From: a virus
Strand: one strand, 5' to 3'
IMG/VR virus record: IMGVR_UViG_3300045988_122638
Length of the DNA stretch: 57,749 bases
Made by a program: the position numbers and the translations under genes. A model generated the notes under the pieces. The model had not been told where the DNA came from. It was given only the letters and a program-made list of their open reading frames with translations, and did no database searches. Every line of letters starts with the position of its first letter. Within the stretch, counting starts at the first letter, position 1. Positions 35,372 to 42,317 of the stretch are shown in pieces.

Positions 35372-36136
35372 TTAGCAATAGTCATACTCTGGTGACACTG
35401 CGTATTCTATAGCTAAGCATGGATTTCCATCGTCCGCCAATAGTGGCACATATGATATATCTATTAGACCTCTATCTATATTCCAACCTAATTGGTCACC
35501 CATTTTAGTAAAACTCAACCCGAGTTCATAATAGAAATCGTTCAAAGATATATATGACTCGCTAAGCATTCGCCTGTTTAGTTCATTTACTATTTTTTTA
35601 ATAGTATCTATATCAGACTTAAAATATCGACCACTCACCGAATCATAGCAAAGTGTATCTCCTTTTGATGTAATAATAACCTCTTTATTAGCCATTGGAT
35701 TATTCTCTATTTTTTCTTTTACGATTTTTGTTTTTATTTCTTCAGCCTTTTTTTCGCCTACAGTCTCTGCTACTTTTTCTTGATAACTTTTTAATGTAGC
35801 TTCGGTCATAGCATAAACACTTGCTAATGCCGTATTTCTCTTGAAACTTACTGTTGACGCTCCTATCAAACATGTCGCCGACATCAATATCGTTATTGCA
35901 GACGGAATATAACATTTCCAAGTACATTTTACAACCTCTATCGGCTGTAATTTACTTACTTGTTGTTCATCTTTTTCGCATTCGATATTCTTCAAAGCTT
36001 TAGGTGTGGCTTTTACAGCCATCACTGTAGCAGAAATCATACCGGCAATTCCTATACCTGTTAGTATTTCAGGACTATGCTTTTTTATTTTTCTACCTAT
36101 ATTTTTTGTTATAACTGACAAATTTTTGTTCATCAT
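35372..36136 (-). CDS. Two-TM paralog family protein, member 2 (254 aa)
   Basis: IKKHSPEILTGIGIAGMISATVMAVKATPKAL and LNDFYYELG...GDQLGW blocks. Confidence 0.7.
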   Translation of the reverse strand: MMNKNLSVITKNIGRKIKKHSPEILTGIGIAGMISATVMAVKATPKALKNIECEKDEQQVSKLQPIEVVKCTWKCYIPSAITILMSATCLIGASTVSFKRNTALASVYAMTEATLKSYQEKVAETVGEKKAEEIKTKIVKEKIENNPMANKEVIITSKGDTLCYDSVSGRYFKSDIDTIKKIVNELNRRMLSESYISLNDFYYELGLSFTKMGDQLGWNIDRGLIDISYVPLLADDGNPCLAIEYAVSPEYDYC

Positions 36137-36146
36137 ACTTCTCCTT

Positions 36147-36440
36147 TCAATTATTGATTAACTGGTCTATTATATCATTTGATACTGTAACAGCTGTTGC
36201 AAATATGTGTTCTGTTTTTTCATTCAGTGTTGAAAGTCTATACATTTCATCCCTAAATCTTTCAACCGCACATAACGGTGGTGTTAATTTATCTCTCGAT
36301 AAAATATCAATGAGTTCTTTTGCCGCCCATTTAGAATTTGAAACGGTCAGAAAAGAAAAACCGTACCATGTACCTATTTCATCCAGATAATATATATAAT
36401 TTTTTATAATTTCAACCGCTGATTCATTTGGCGACTTCAT
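36147..36440 (-). CDS. Hypothetical protein (start ATG 36440)
   Basis: GAAGGGAG RBS. The track start at 36458 abuts the terminator T-tract. Confidence 0.55.
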   Translation of the reverse strand: MKSPNESAVEIIKNYIYYLDEIGTWYGFSFLTVSNSKWAAKELIDILSRDKLTPPLCAVERFRDEMYRLSTLNEKTEHIFATAVTVSNDIIDQLINN

Positions 36441-36458
36441 ATGCATATCTCCCTTCAT

Positions 36459-36488
36459 TAAAAAAGAAAAGAGTCCTTGTTAGGACTC
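36459..36488 (-). terminator. Conserved cassette terminator, copy D
   Basis: Minus strand: GAGTCC-taacaa-GGACTC followed by TTTTCTTTTTT. Confidence 0.65.
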
Positions 36489-36494
36489 ATCTTC

Positions 36495-36647
36495 TTATTG
36501 TTTATCGGCGACTGCCTTTGCGACTTCCTTTGCAATTGTTTCTTTCATTTCCGCTTTTTCTGTAAAGCTACTTGCGATAGGTACCGCAATAGCTAATATA
36601 GATATAATCGGTTTTGCTACTTTCATAACTTGCTTAATGTTTATCAT
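36495..36647 (-). CDS. Small membrane peptide (50 aa; below the track cutoff)
   Basis: GGAGGTG RBS. Translation MINIKQVMKVAKPIISILAIAVPIASSFTEKAEMKETIAKEVAKAVADKQ. Confidence 0.5.
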   Translation of the reverse strand: MINIKQVMKVAKPIISILAIAVPIASSFTEKAEMKETIAKEVAKAVADKQ

Positions 36648-36664
36648 AATGCATTCACCTCCCT

Positions 36665-36690
36665 TCATAATAGAGATTGTTATTTACGCG
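36665..36690 (-). promoter_or_regulatory. Conserved 26-nt promoter-like motif, copy 5
   Basis: Minus strand: CGCGTAAATAACAATCTCTATTATGA, then AGGGAGGTG and ATG 36647. Confidence 0.55.
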
Positions 36691-36693
36691 TGT

Positions 36694-37461
36694 TCACAAC
36701 CAACCATCGAGATAATCCGATGTTGGAGCAAAGGGCATGGAAATTAAACATACTTCCATTCCATCATCTGTTGTTATAAAATCGTGTTCAAAATCAACCC
36801 AGCTATAGCCATAAAACGCCATACCTGCATCTATACTCCAACCTATCGTGTCTCCACCTTTGATCTTATCTATTCCTAAAAAATCATATAATTCATTTAA
36901 CGTAGCATATCCGCGTAAAGTAAAATTTCTATTAAAATGATACTCTGCAGATATCACATCTACTTTATTCGATTCAAAATATCTTTTTGAAAACATATCA
37001 TAAAATAAACTTTTTTCTTCTGAAGACACCTCAGGTTTTGTATCACGATAAATATCTTTAGCCATTTCTTTATCTACAGCAGCATCATCTCCATACATTT
37101 CATTAACTTTATCTCTATACTCTGTATATGATTTTTGTAATAATGCATAAGCGCTTATGAGAGATGCTTGTTGCTTTTTATTAAGAATATTAGCACCTAA
37201 TATACAAGCTATAGTTGAAACACCTATAATTATAGTAGGTAGATATATATGAGTCGTAGTTATGATTTTTTCTTTATTCGATAATTTATCACCTTTTTCT
37301 TTTTCTGCCTCTTCTATAGAATATAAAGCTTTAGGTGTCGCTTTAATTGCACTAACAGCAGTAATAACTACACCTGCCGTACCTATACCAGTAAGAATGG
37401 TAGCTACGTTTTTCTTAATGAAACATCCTGTTTTACTTAATAATTTATTCATTCTATTCAC
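36694..37461 (-). CDS. Two-TM paralog family protein, member 3 (255 aa)
   Basis: FIKKNVATILTGIGTAGVVITAVSAIKATPKAL and LNELYDFLG...GDTIGW blocks. Confidence 0.7.
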   Translation of the reverse strand: MNRMNKLLSKTGCFIKKNVATILTGIGTAGVVITAVSAIKATPKALYSIEEAEKEKGDKLSNKEKIITTTHIYLPTIIIGVSTIACILGANILNKKQQASLISAYALLQKSYTEYRDKVNEMYGDDAAVDKEMAKDIYRDTKPEVSSEEKSLFYDMFSKRYFESNKVDVISAEYHFNRNFTLRGYATLNELYDFLGIDKIKGGDTIGWSIDAGMAFYGYSWVDFEHDFITTDDGMEVCLISMPFAPTSDYLDGWL

Positions 37462-37474
37462 CTCCTCCCATCAG

Positions 37475-37508
37475 AAAAAATAAAAGAAAAGAGCCCTTGT
37501 TAGGACTC
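37475..37508 (-). terminator. Conserved cassette terminator, copy C
   Basis: Minus strand: GAGTCC-taacaa-GGGCTC followed by TTTTCTTTTATTTTTT. Confidence 0.65.
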
Positions 37509-37515
37509 TGTTTTC

Positions 37516-37734
37516 TTATTGTTCATTGGGAACAACAGAATTGAGTAATTTTTCAAGTCTGTCTGTGAATTCCCTTTGTTTATCCACACATGCCATTCCT
37601 GTTGTAGATAGTTCGGCGGTTTTTGAAGCGATCATAGCTACTAAAGGATCGTTTGGTCTCTCCTCAATTAGCTTACACACTAAAAATCCTACCTCTCCAA
37701 TCTCCCGGAATAATTTTTTTGTTGTTTCTAACAT
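37516..37734 (-). CDS. Hypothetical small protein (cassette C cargo)
   Basis: 72 aa with an AAAGGAG RBS, flanked by motif copy 9 and terminator C. Confidence 0.6.
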   Translation of the reverse strand: MLETTKKLFREIGEVGFLVCKLIEERPNDPLVAMIASKTAELSTTGMACVDKQREFTDRLEKLLNSVVPNEQ

Positions 37735-37776
37735 AATAATTCTCCTTTCAAAATATAAACTCGTGGTCTATTGTTT

Positions 37777-37802
37777 CCATAATACGTATTGTTTTTTTCG
37801 CG
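37777..37802 (-). promoter_or_regulatory. Conserved 26-nt promoter-like motif, copy 9
   Basis: Minus strand: CGCGAAAAAAACAATACGTATTATGG, about 40 nt upstream of ATG 37734. Confidence 0.6.
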
Positions 37803-37806
37803 TGTT

Positions 37807-38169
37807 TTAAATATAACGTCTATCGAATACCGTTTCCCATCTCTCTCGTGATAAAGGCTTCATTTTCAGAGCCCACATTATTTGCCGAACTGTAACCGTT
37901 GGATATAATCCGTCGTCAGAACACTTTTTTGATCGTTGTTCAAAATAGCCTTTAAAATAAGGATGTAAATATATTTCATCAGTAAGCCACGGATCGACTT
38001 CGCTCCACCATGTACTTTTTGTTTCAACATCATATCTCTGCTGTATTACAGCTAAACCTTTTTCGTCAATTTTATATAACGTACAACTGTCGTAAACCGG
38101 ATGATTACAAATATAAAGTTTTCCATACATAGATAAGTAAATAGGTGGCTTTTCGTAATGATAACGCAT
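37807..38169 (-). CDS. Conserved phage protein (MRYHYEKPPIY...), unknown function
   Basis: Start ATG 38169 after a GGAGG RBS. 120 aa. Confidence 0.6.
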   Translation of the reverse strand: MRYHYEKPPIYLSMYGKLYICNHPVYDSCTLYKIDEKGLAVIQQRYDVETKSTWWSEVDPWLTDEIYLHPYFKGYFEQRSKKCSDDGLYPTVTVRQIMWALKMKPLSRERWETVFDRRYI

Positions 38170-38182
38170 TTTATGCCTCCAA

Positions 38183-38215
38183 GGATAAAAGTAAAAGACC
38201 ATGTTGATCTTTTAC
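38183..38215 (-). terminator. Rho-independent terminator, second conserved family, copy 2
   Basis: Minus strand: GTAAAAGA-tcaacatgg-TCTTTTAC followed by TTTTAT. Confidence 0.6.
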
Positions 38216-38236
38216 TCCGGAACTATAACTTATCAA

Positions 38237-38701
38237 TTACTTCCTCGGCTTAAATTTACTCCATAAACTTCTAAATGTTGTCGATGTAAATATACCTTTT
38301 TCCTCAAACTTAAAACCTTTCTTTAGCCAGACACTATAAAACACAATCGGTATTATGATTTCTGCCGCCGCTATTCCCGCTTTGAAATATCGATCTTTAA
38401 CCTGTTCTTTAAGCTGTTCTGCTTTGAATTGTTCCTCGCAACTACGAGCATCGTTTTCCGCATCTAATTGTTTTTCTTTTATTATTAACTCATCAGACTG
38501 CAGAGTATTTTCCATCTCGCGTCGTTCTTTCTTTTCTTCAAATTCCAGCCCCATTCTAGTCTCATCGATTTTTAAACGGTACAACGTGTTTAAATCATCT
38601 ATTGCTAACTGCTTTTCTTTCGATCCGTCATCTAGCGTTTTTAGACTTTCAATTTGTGCTATAATTTCCTCATCTAACAAATCTTTAATGTTTTTTTTCA
38701 T
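38237..38701 (-). CDS. Coiled-coil protein with C-terminal TM segment (start ATG 38701)
   Basis: AAAGGAG RBS. MKKNIKDLLDEEI... with hydrophobic GIAAAEIIIPIVFYSVWL. Confidence 0.6.
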   Translation of the reverse strand: MKKNIKDLLDEEIIAQIESLKTLDDGSKEKQLAIDDLNTLYRLKIDETRMGLEFEEKKERREMENTLQSDELIIKEKQLDAENDARSCEEQFKAEQLKEQVKDRYFKAGIAAAEIIIPIVFYSVWLKKGFKFEEKGIFTSTTFRSLWSKFKPRK

Positions 38702-38738
38702 TTTAGCTCTCCTTTCAAAAATATAATTTTTCATAGTT

Positions 38739-38764
38739 CCATAAAAGAAACTGTTTTTTATGCG
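38739..38764 (-). promoter_or_regulatory. Conserved 26-nt promoter-like motif, copy 10
   Basis: Minus strand: CGCATAAAAAACAGTTTCTTTTATGG, about 35 nt upstream of ATG 38701. Confidence 0.55.
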
Positions 38765-38830
38765 GTTCTTATCTATCCTTTACCACAATAATAAAATAAC
38801 ATATATTATTGTAACCTGCGTGCTGAAAAT

Positions 38831-38862
38831 AAACAAAAAAGAAAGAGCCCTTGTTGGGACTC
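38831..38862 (-). terminator. Conserved cassette terminator, copy B
   Basis: Minus strand: GAGTCC-caacaa-GGGCTC followed by TTTCTTTTTTGTTT. Confidence 0.65.
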
Positions 38863-38868
38863 AATCCT

Positions 38869-39165
38869 TTAATCTGTTGAATAAATACTACCGTTCATAG
38901 TTTTAGGAATACAAGAAATATCCCAAACTCGAATAACTTTCAGTTCGTTTATCAATGAGCACCATTCGGTATTAGAAGCTTTAAATACTATATGCCATAT
39001 ACGACCATCTGACCAAATCCTAATACGTCCATATAATAATGTTTTGACGCAATTCCGATTTTTGTTAATAACCTCTATGGTTTTTAGTACATCATCTTCA
39101 AATACAATAAAATGATGAGTTTTGATTATGAACTTATTCATAAGTTTGTTAAGTGTATTGTTCAT
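38869..39165 (-). CDS. Hypothetical protein (cassette B cargo)
   Basis: 98 aa with an AGGAGGAG RBS, flanked by motif copy 6 and terminator B. Confidence 0.6.
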   Translation of the reverse strand: MNNTLNKLMNKFIIKTHHFIVFEDDVLKTIEVINKNRNCVKTLLYGRIRIWSDGRIWHIVFKASNTEWCSLINELKVIRVWDISCIPKTMNGSIYSTD

Positions 39166-39180
39166 ATTTATCTCCTCCTA

Positions 39181-39206
39181 TCATAATAGGGTATGATAAA
39201 TATGCG
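39181..39206 (-). promoter_or_regulatory. Conserved 26-nt promoter-like motif, copy 6
   Basis: Minus strand: CGCATATTTATCATACCCTATTATGA, then TAGGAGGAG and ATG 39165. Confidence 0.55.
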
Positions 39207-39211
39207 TAGGT

Positions 39212-39628
39212 TTATCTTCTATACTTACTTAACAAATAGAAGAATCGTCTATATCTATCATAATATATATCCCTTGAACAAGGCATATTCATTTGTAATC
39301 GAAGAGCTTCATATGATAATCCTTGTGTAACAGCTTTAAATATATAACTTGCCAACTCGATATCTGCATCATTTGCCGCCTTATTAACCATATCCATTCT
39401 TTCGCGATAGTATAATCTTTTTTCCACAGTTTCAGCTGTATAGTCCGTTATTTTATTTGTTTGACTGTTTTTCTTTAAATCAGAAATCTTAGTAAAATCT
39501 GATAACTCGTTATATTGTTTTTCCCACAATGGGTACTGTAAGCAAAAATGTTTTAATTCGTAATAACGATGTTCATTGATGTAGTATTTGTTCTTTTCAG
39601 AAATTTTTGGTCGTATAGTTGTACTCAT
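39212..39628 (-). CDS. Sigma-70 region-4-like / ArpU-RinA-type phage transcriptional activator (start ATG 39628)
   Basis: 138 aa. YYELKHFCLQYPLWEKQY... and a C-terminal HTH-like GLSYEALRLQMNMPCSRDIYYDRYRRFF. Assigned from memory of the pattern. Confidence 0.45.
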   Translation of the reverse strand: MSTTIRPKISEKNKYYINEHRYYELKHFCLQYPLWEKQYNELSDFTKISDLKKNSQTNKITDYTAETVEKRLYYRERMDMVNKAANDADIELASYIFKAVTQGLSYEALRLQMNMPCSRDIYYDRYRRFFYLLSKYRR

Positions 39629-39629
39629 T

Positions 39630-39914
39630 CTATTTCTTTTCTCCTTTCCATATGTACCCAGTTTCTTTATATAGTTTTTGGGGCGAAATATAGTAATTGA
39701 TTCTACCATATCTCGAATCCATTTCTTTTATAGTTTTTACAACCTGACCTTTTCTGGTTGCTGTTCCTATTGGCAACCACCCAACTATAATTCCTGCTCG
39801 AACCCAATGTGCCTCTTTTCCGTATACTCTTGCTGCTACTGCAACCGGTACCGATCCATCAGCAAATTTAATGTCATTCATTGGTTCTTTTTCGTTAACG
39901 TTTTGTTCTTGCAT
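39630..39914 (-). CDS. HTH DNA-binding protein; first early gene, possibly Cro- or excisionase-like
   Basis: 94 aa. VAVAARVYGKEAHWVRAGIIVGWLPIG is an HTH-like pattern. Directly downstream of a sigmaA-type promoter. Confidence 0.45.
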   Translation of the reverse strand: MQEQNVNEKEPMNDIKFADGSVPVAVAARVYGKEAHWVRAGIIVGWLPIGTATRKGQVVKTIKEMDSRYGRINYYISPQKLYKETGYIWKGEKK

Positions 39915-39939
39915 CTGCGTTCGTCTCCTTTCAACTGCT

Positions 39940-39968
39940 ATTCTAGCTTAAAAATGACTTTTTGTAAA
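39940..39968 (-). promoter_or_regulatory. SigmaA-type early promoter (TTTACA-17-TAGAAT)
   Basis: Minus strand: TTTACAaaaagtcatttttaagcTAGAAT, about 25 nt upstream of ATG 39914. The palindrome AGTGGAAATATCCACT (39978-39993) lies just upstream. Confidence 0.6.
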
Positions 39969-40059
39969 AACACATCGAGTGGAAATATCCACTTTTTTCT
40001 GTAATCAAAAAAACTCCTTTCTTAAATATAAATTACGATGTTGGTTTTATAAAAAAGAG

Positions 40060-40133
40060 AATGGCATGCAAGAATCGAACTTGCGACCCTCAGATAGATA
40101 TATCTGCCGCTCTACCAACTGAGCTAATGTCTT
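40060..40133 (-). tRNA. tRNA-like gene with an atypical 8-nt anticodon loop and 2 acceptor-stem mismatches; possible attP partner or pseudo-tRNA
   Basis: Minus strand: AAGACAT-TA-GCTC-AGTTGGTA-GAGC-G-GCAGA-TATATCTA-TCTGA-GGGTC-GCAAG-TTCGATT-CTTGC-ATGCCAT-T. D and T arms are canonical. Motif copy 11 lies 5 nt upstream and CTCTTTTTT follows downstream. Confidence 0.45.
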
Positions 40134-40138
40134 TCTCT

Positions 40139-40164
40139 TCATAATACGCCTTGTAAATTTCGCG
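40139..40164 (-). promoter_or_regulatory. Conserved 26-nt promoter-like motif, copy 11 (drives the tRNA-like gene)
   Basis: Minus strand: CGCGAAATTTACAAGGCGTATTATGA. Confidence 0.55.
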
Positions 40165-40179
40165 TATTAGTGTTAAAAT
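40151..40179 (+). promoter_or_regulatory. SigmaA-type promoter (TTGTAA-17-TAAAAT) giving a near-leaderless mRNA for ORF 40190
   Basis: TTGTAAatttcgcgtattagtgtTAAAAT. The ATG is 11 nt after the -10 box and has no SD. Overlaps motif copy 11 on the opposite strand. Confidence 0.5.
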
Positions 40180-40189
40180 ATGTTACGTC

Positions 40190-40513
40190 ATGATTAAAAT
40201 AAATGAAAAATATTGTCCTATTTGTAAAAATAAGTTGAAATACTACGACAGTGTAAAAAGAATAGTGAAAACTAAAAGAGGGAAAACTAAAAAGATTGTA
40301 ATTCGCAGACTTCGTTGCAGTTCGTGTAAATCATTACATAGAGAGCTCCCAAGTTCAATAATACCATATAAAGAATATGAGTCTGAAATAATCATTGGTG
40401 TAATTGAAGGTCTGATTACTCCTGAAACTCTAGGATACGAAGACTATCCTTGCGAGATGACTATGAATCGTTGGATCAACGAAAAAAATAGACTTTTAAA
40501 AATGTATTTTTAG
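40190..40513 (+). CDS. Zn-ribbon protein, possibly DUF6431-like; candidate lysogeny-side regulator
   Basis: CPICKN...RRLRCSSCKSLHRELPSSIIPYKEY. Same strand as the integrase and directly upstream of it. Confidence 0.5.
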   Translation: MIKINEKYCPICKNKLKYYDSVKRIVKTKRGKTKKIVIRRLRCSSCKSLHRELPSSIIPYKEYESEIIIGVIEGLITPETLGYEDYPCEMTMNRWINEKNRLLKMYF

Positions 40514-40522
40514 ATGTAGGAG

Positions 40523-40551
40523 TTGACAATTCCTACACTTTGATGTATAAT
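40523..40551 (+). promoter_or_regulatory. Consensus sigmaA promoter for the integrase (TTGACA-17-TATAAT)
   Basis: TTGACAattcctacactttgatgTATAAT. The -35 box is embedded in the inverted repeat GTAGGA-N9-TCCTAC. Confidence 0.7.
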
Positions 40552-40584
40552 TTTTGCTAAAAACTATGACAGGAGAGAAAAAAC

Positions 40585-41817
40585 ATGTTAATGCCATGTC
40601 CCGAATGTGCTTTAAATGTTAGCGACAAAGCAATATATTGCCCTCATTGTGGCTTTCCTTTAAAGCCAGAGAAATTACCAAAAAAAATGAAAGGAAAAAA
40701 TAATAAAAGAAGAAGATTGCCAAACGGTTTTGGTCAAATAAGTGAAATTAAGAATAGAAAGTTACGTAATCCATTTCGTGCAATGATTACTGTTGGTAAA
40801 ACAGAAACAGGAAGAAGTATTTGCAAACCACTCAAACCGCAATCATATTTTCCTACTTATAACGCCGCATACGAGGCGTTAATAGAATATAATAAGAATC
40901 CATACGACCTTGATGTAGCTATCACAGTCTCAGAACTATACGAAAAATGGACAAGTGAATACTTTAAAACATTAAAATCAGCATCGAGTATTCGTACGAT
41001 CACTTCCGCATGGTCTTATTGTTCATCGATATACAATATGAGAGCCAAGGATATTAGGGCTCGACACATCAAAGGATGTATGGACGATGGTGTAGCTATA
41101 ATAAAAGGTGAAAAACGACTGCCTTCTGCGAATATGCAATCCCGAATAAAATCGCTATTTAACCTGATGCTAGACTATGCATTAGAATACGAAATAGTAG
41201 ATAGAAATTATGCTCGAACTTTTAATACTTCATCCGATGTTTTAAAAGAATGTGAAGAAAACTCCGACAGTCATATAACATTTTCGGACGAAGAAATATC
41301 AATATTGTGGGATAATCTTTATAAAGTTCCATATGTCGATATTTTGTTAATACAATGCTATTCTGGATGGCGACCGCAAGAACTTGGTTTAATTGAACTA
41401 AAAAATATAGACTTTAAAAACAATACTTTTATTGGTGGAATGAAAACCGAAGCCGGAACAGAAAGAATTGTTCCGATACATTCAAAAATAAAAGAGCTTG
41501 TTAAATTTAGATATGACGAAGCAGTTAGACTGCATAGTAAATATCTTTTTAACTGCCCTGAATCAAAAAATAGTGTCAACCTTACATATGACAAATATAG
41601 AAGCCGTTTCAAAAAAATTATAGAATGTTTAAATTTAAACCCCGAACACAAACCACATGACGGTAGAGTATATTTTGTTACAACAGCAAAAAAATATAAC
41701 GTAGACCAATTTGCTATAAAATATATTGTTGGACACAAAATCAATGATTTGACAGAAAAAGTCTATACAAAAAGAGAAGCATCCTGGTTAAAAACAGAAA
41801 TAGAAAAGATTAACTGA
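40585..41817 (+). CDS. int: Tyrosine recombinase / phage integrase with N-terminal Zn-ribbon and AP2-like arm-binding domain
   Basis: 410 aa. CPECALNV..CPHCG, then RLPNGFGQISEIKNRKLRNPFRAMITVG. The catalytic region has WRPQE...HKPHDGRVYF...GHKINDLTEKVY. Confidence 0.85.
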   Translation: MLMPCPECALNVSDKAIYCPHCGFPLKPEKLPKKMKGKNNKRRRLPNGFGQISEIKNRKLRNPFRAMITVGKTETGRSICKPLKPQSYFPTYNAAYEALIEYNKNPYDLDVAITVSELYEKWTSEYFKTLKSASSIRTITSAWSYCSSIYNMRAKDIRARHIKGCMDDGVAIIKGEKRLPSANMQSRIKSLFNLMLDYALEYEIVDRNYARTFNTSSDVLKECEENSDSHITFSDEEISILWDNLYKVPYVDILLIQCYSGWRPQELGLIELKNIDFKNNTFIGGMKTEAGTERIVPIHSKIKELVKFRYDEAVRLHSKYLFNCPESKNSVNLTYDKYRSRFKKIIECLNLNPEHKPHDGRVYFVTTAKKYNVDQFAIKYIVGHKINDLTEKVYTKREASWLKTEIEKIN

Positions 41818-41835
41818 TTTACAGTTTTAGTTGTG

Positions 41836-41877
41836 TAGGAATTTAAGTATAGGAGTAGTGTAGGAGTAATGTAGGAA
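41836..41877 (+). repeat. Four direct copies of (T)GTAGGA(A/G)T; candidate integrase arm-type sites
   Basis: tgtaggaat..tataggagt.gtgtaggagt.atgtaggaat. The same hexamer forms the inverted repeat over the int promoter -35 box. Confidence 0.45.
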
Positions 41878-41902
41878 TTGCATACATTACTCCACCTTTT
41901 TT
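41863..41902 (+). terminator. Rho-independent terminator of int
   Basis: GGAGTAATGTA-ggaattgca-TACATTACTCC followed by ACCTTTTTT. Confidence 0.8.
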
Positions 41903-42087
41903 AACTTTTTACCACTCCGTAAACACGCATGCTTACTATGTTTATTAGAACTTACCGGCCTTTGCAGCTTCCTCTACGGAAACATATAAAGTTAGGTTTC
42001 AAGCCATTTTGAGATCAAAAATGTATGTATAGTGTATGTTTAACCTATACTTTTTCATTTCTGATACGGTCGCATAACATCAAACTG

Positions 42088-42303
42088 CTAGTTATCTGAC
42101 TCTTTCTGTTTATTATATTGGCTCGTACTTAAACCTAATACAACTCCCAGAAATGTATCTATTGCGGTTATTGATCCCACAACTTGTTCGCCATATGGAA
42201 GATTCCATATTTGTGCCAAAGCAAAATATAAAGTTCCCAAAGCAGGTAATAGATATGTAGCAATCCATTTCAATACGTCATACGTCTTGTCATTCATTTT
42301 CAT
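42088..42303 (-). CDS. Holin (phi-LC3/Phage_holin_1-like; start ATG 42303)
   Basis: 71 aa. VLKWIATYLLPALGTLYFALAQIWNLPYGEQVVGSITAIDTFLGVVLG. GGGGG RBS. Confidence 0.75.
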   Translation of the reverse strand: MKMNDKTYDVLKWIATYLLPALGTLYFALAQIWNLPYGEQVVGSITAIDTFLGVVLGLSTSQYNKQKESDN

Positions 42304-42317
42304 AAAAATACCCCCTA

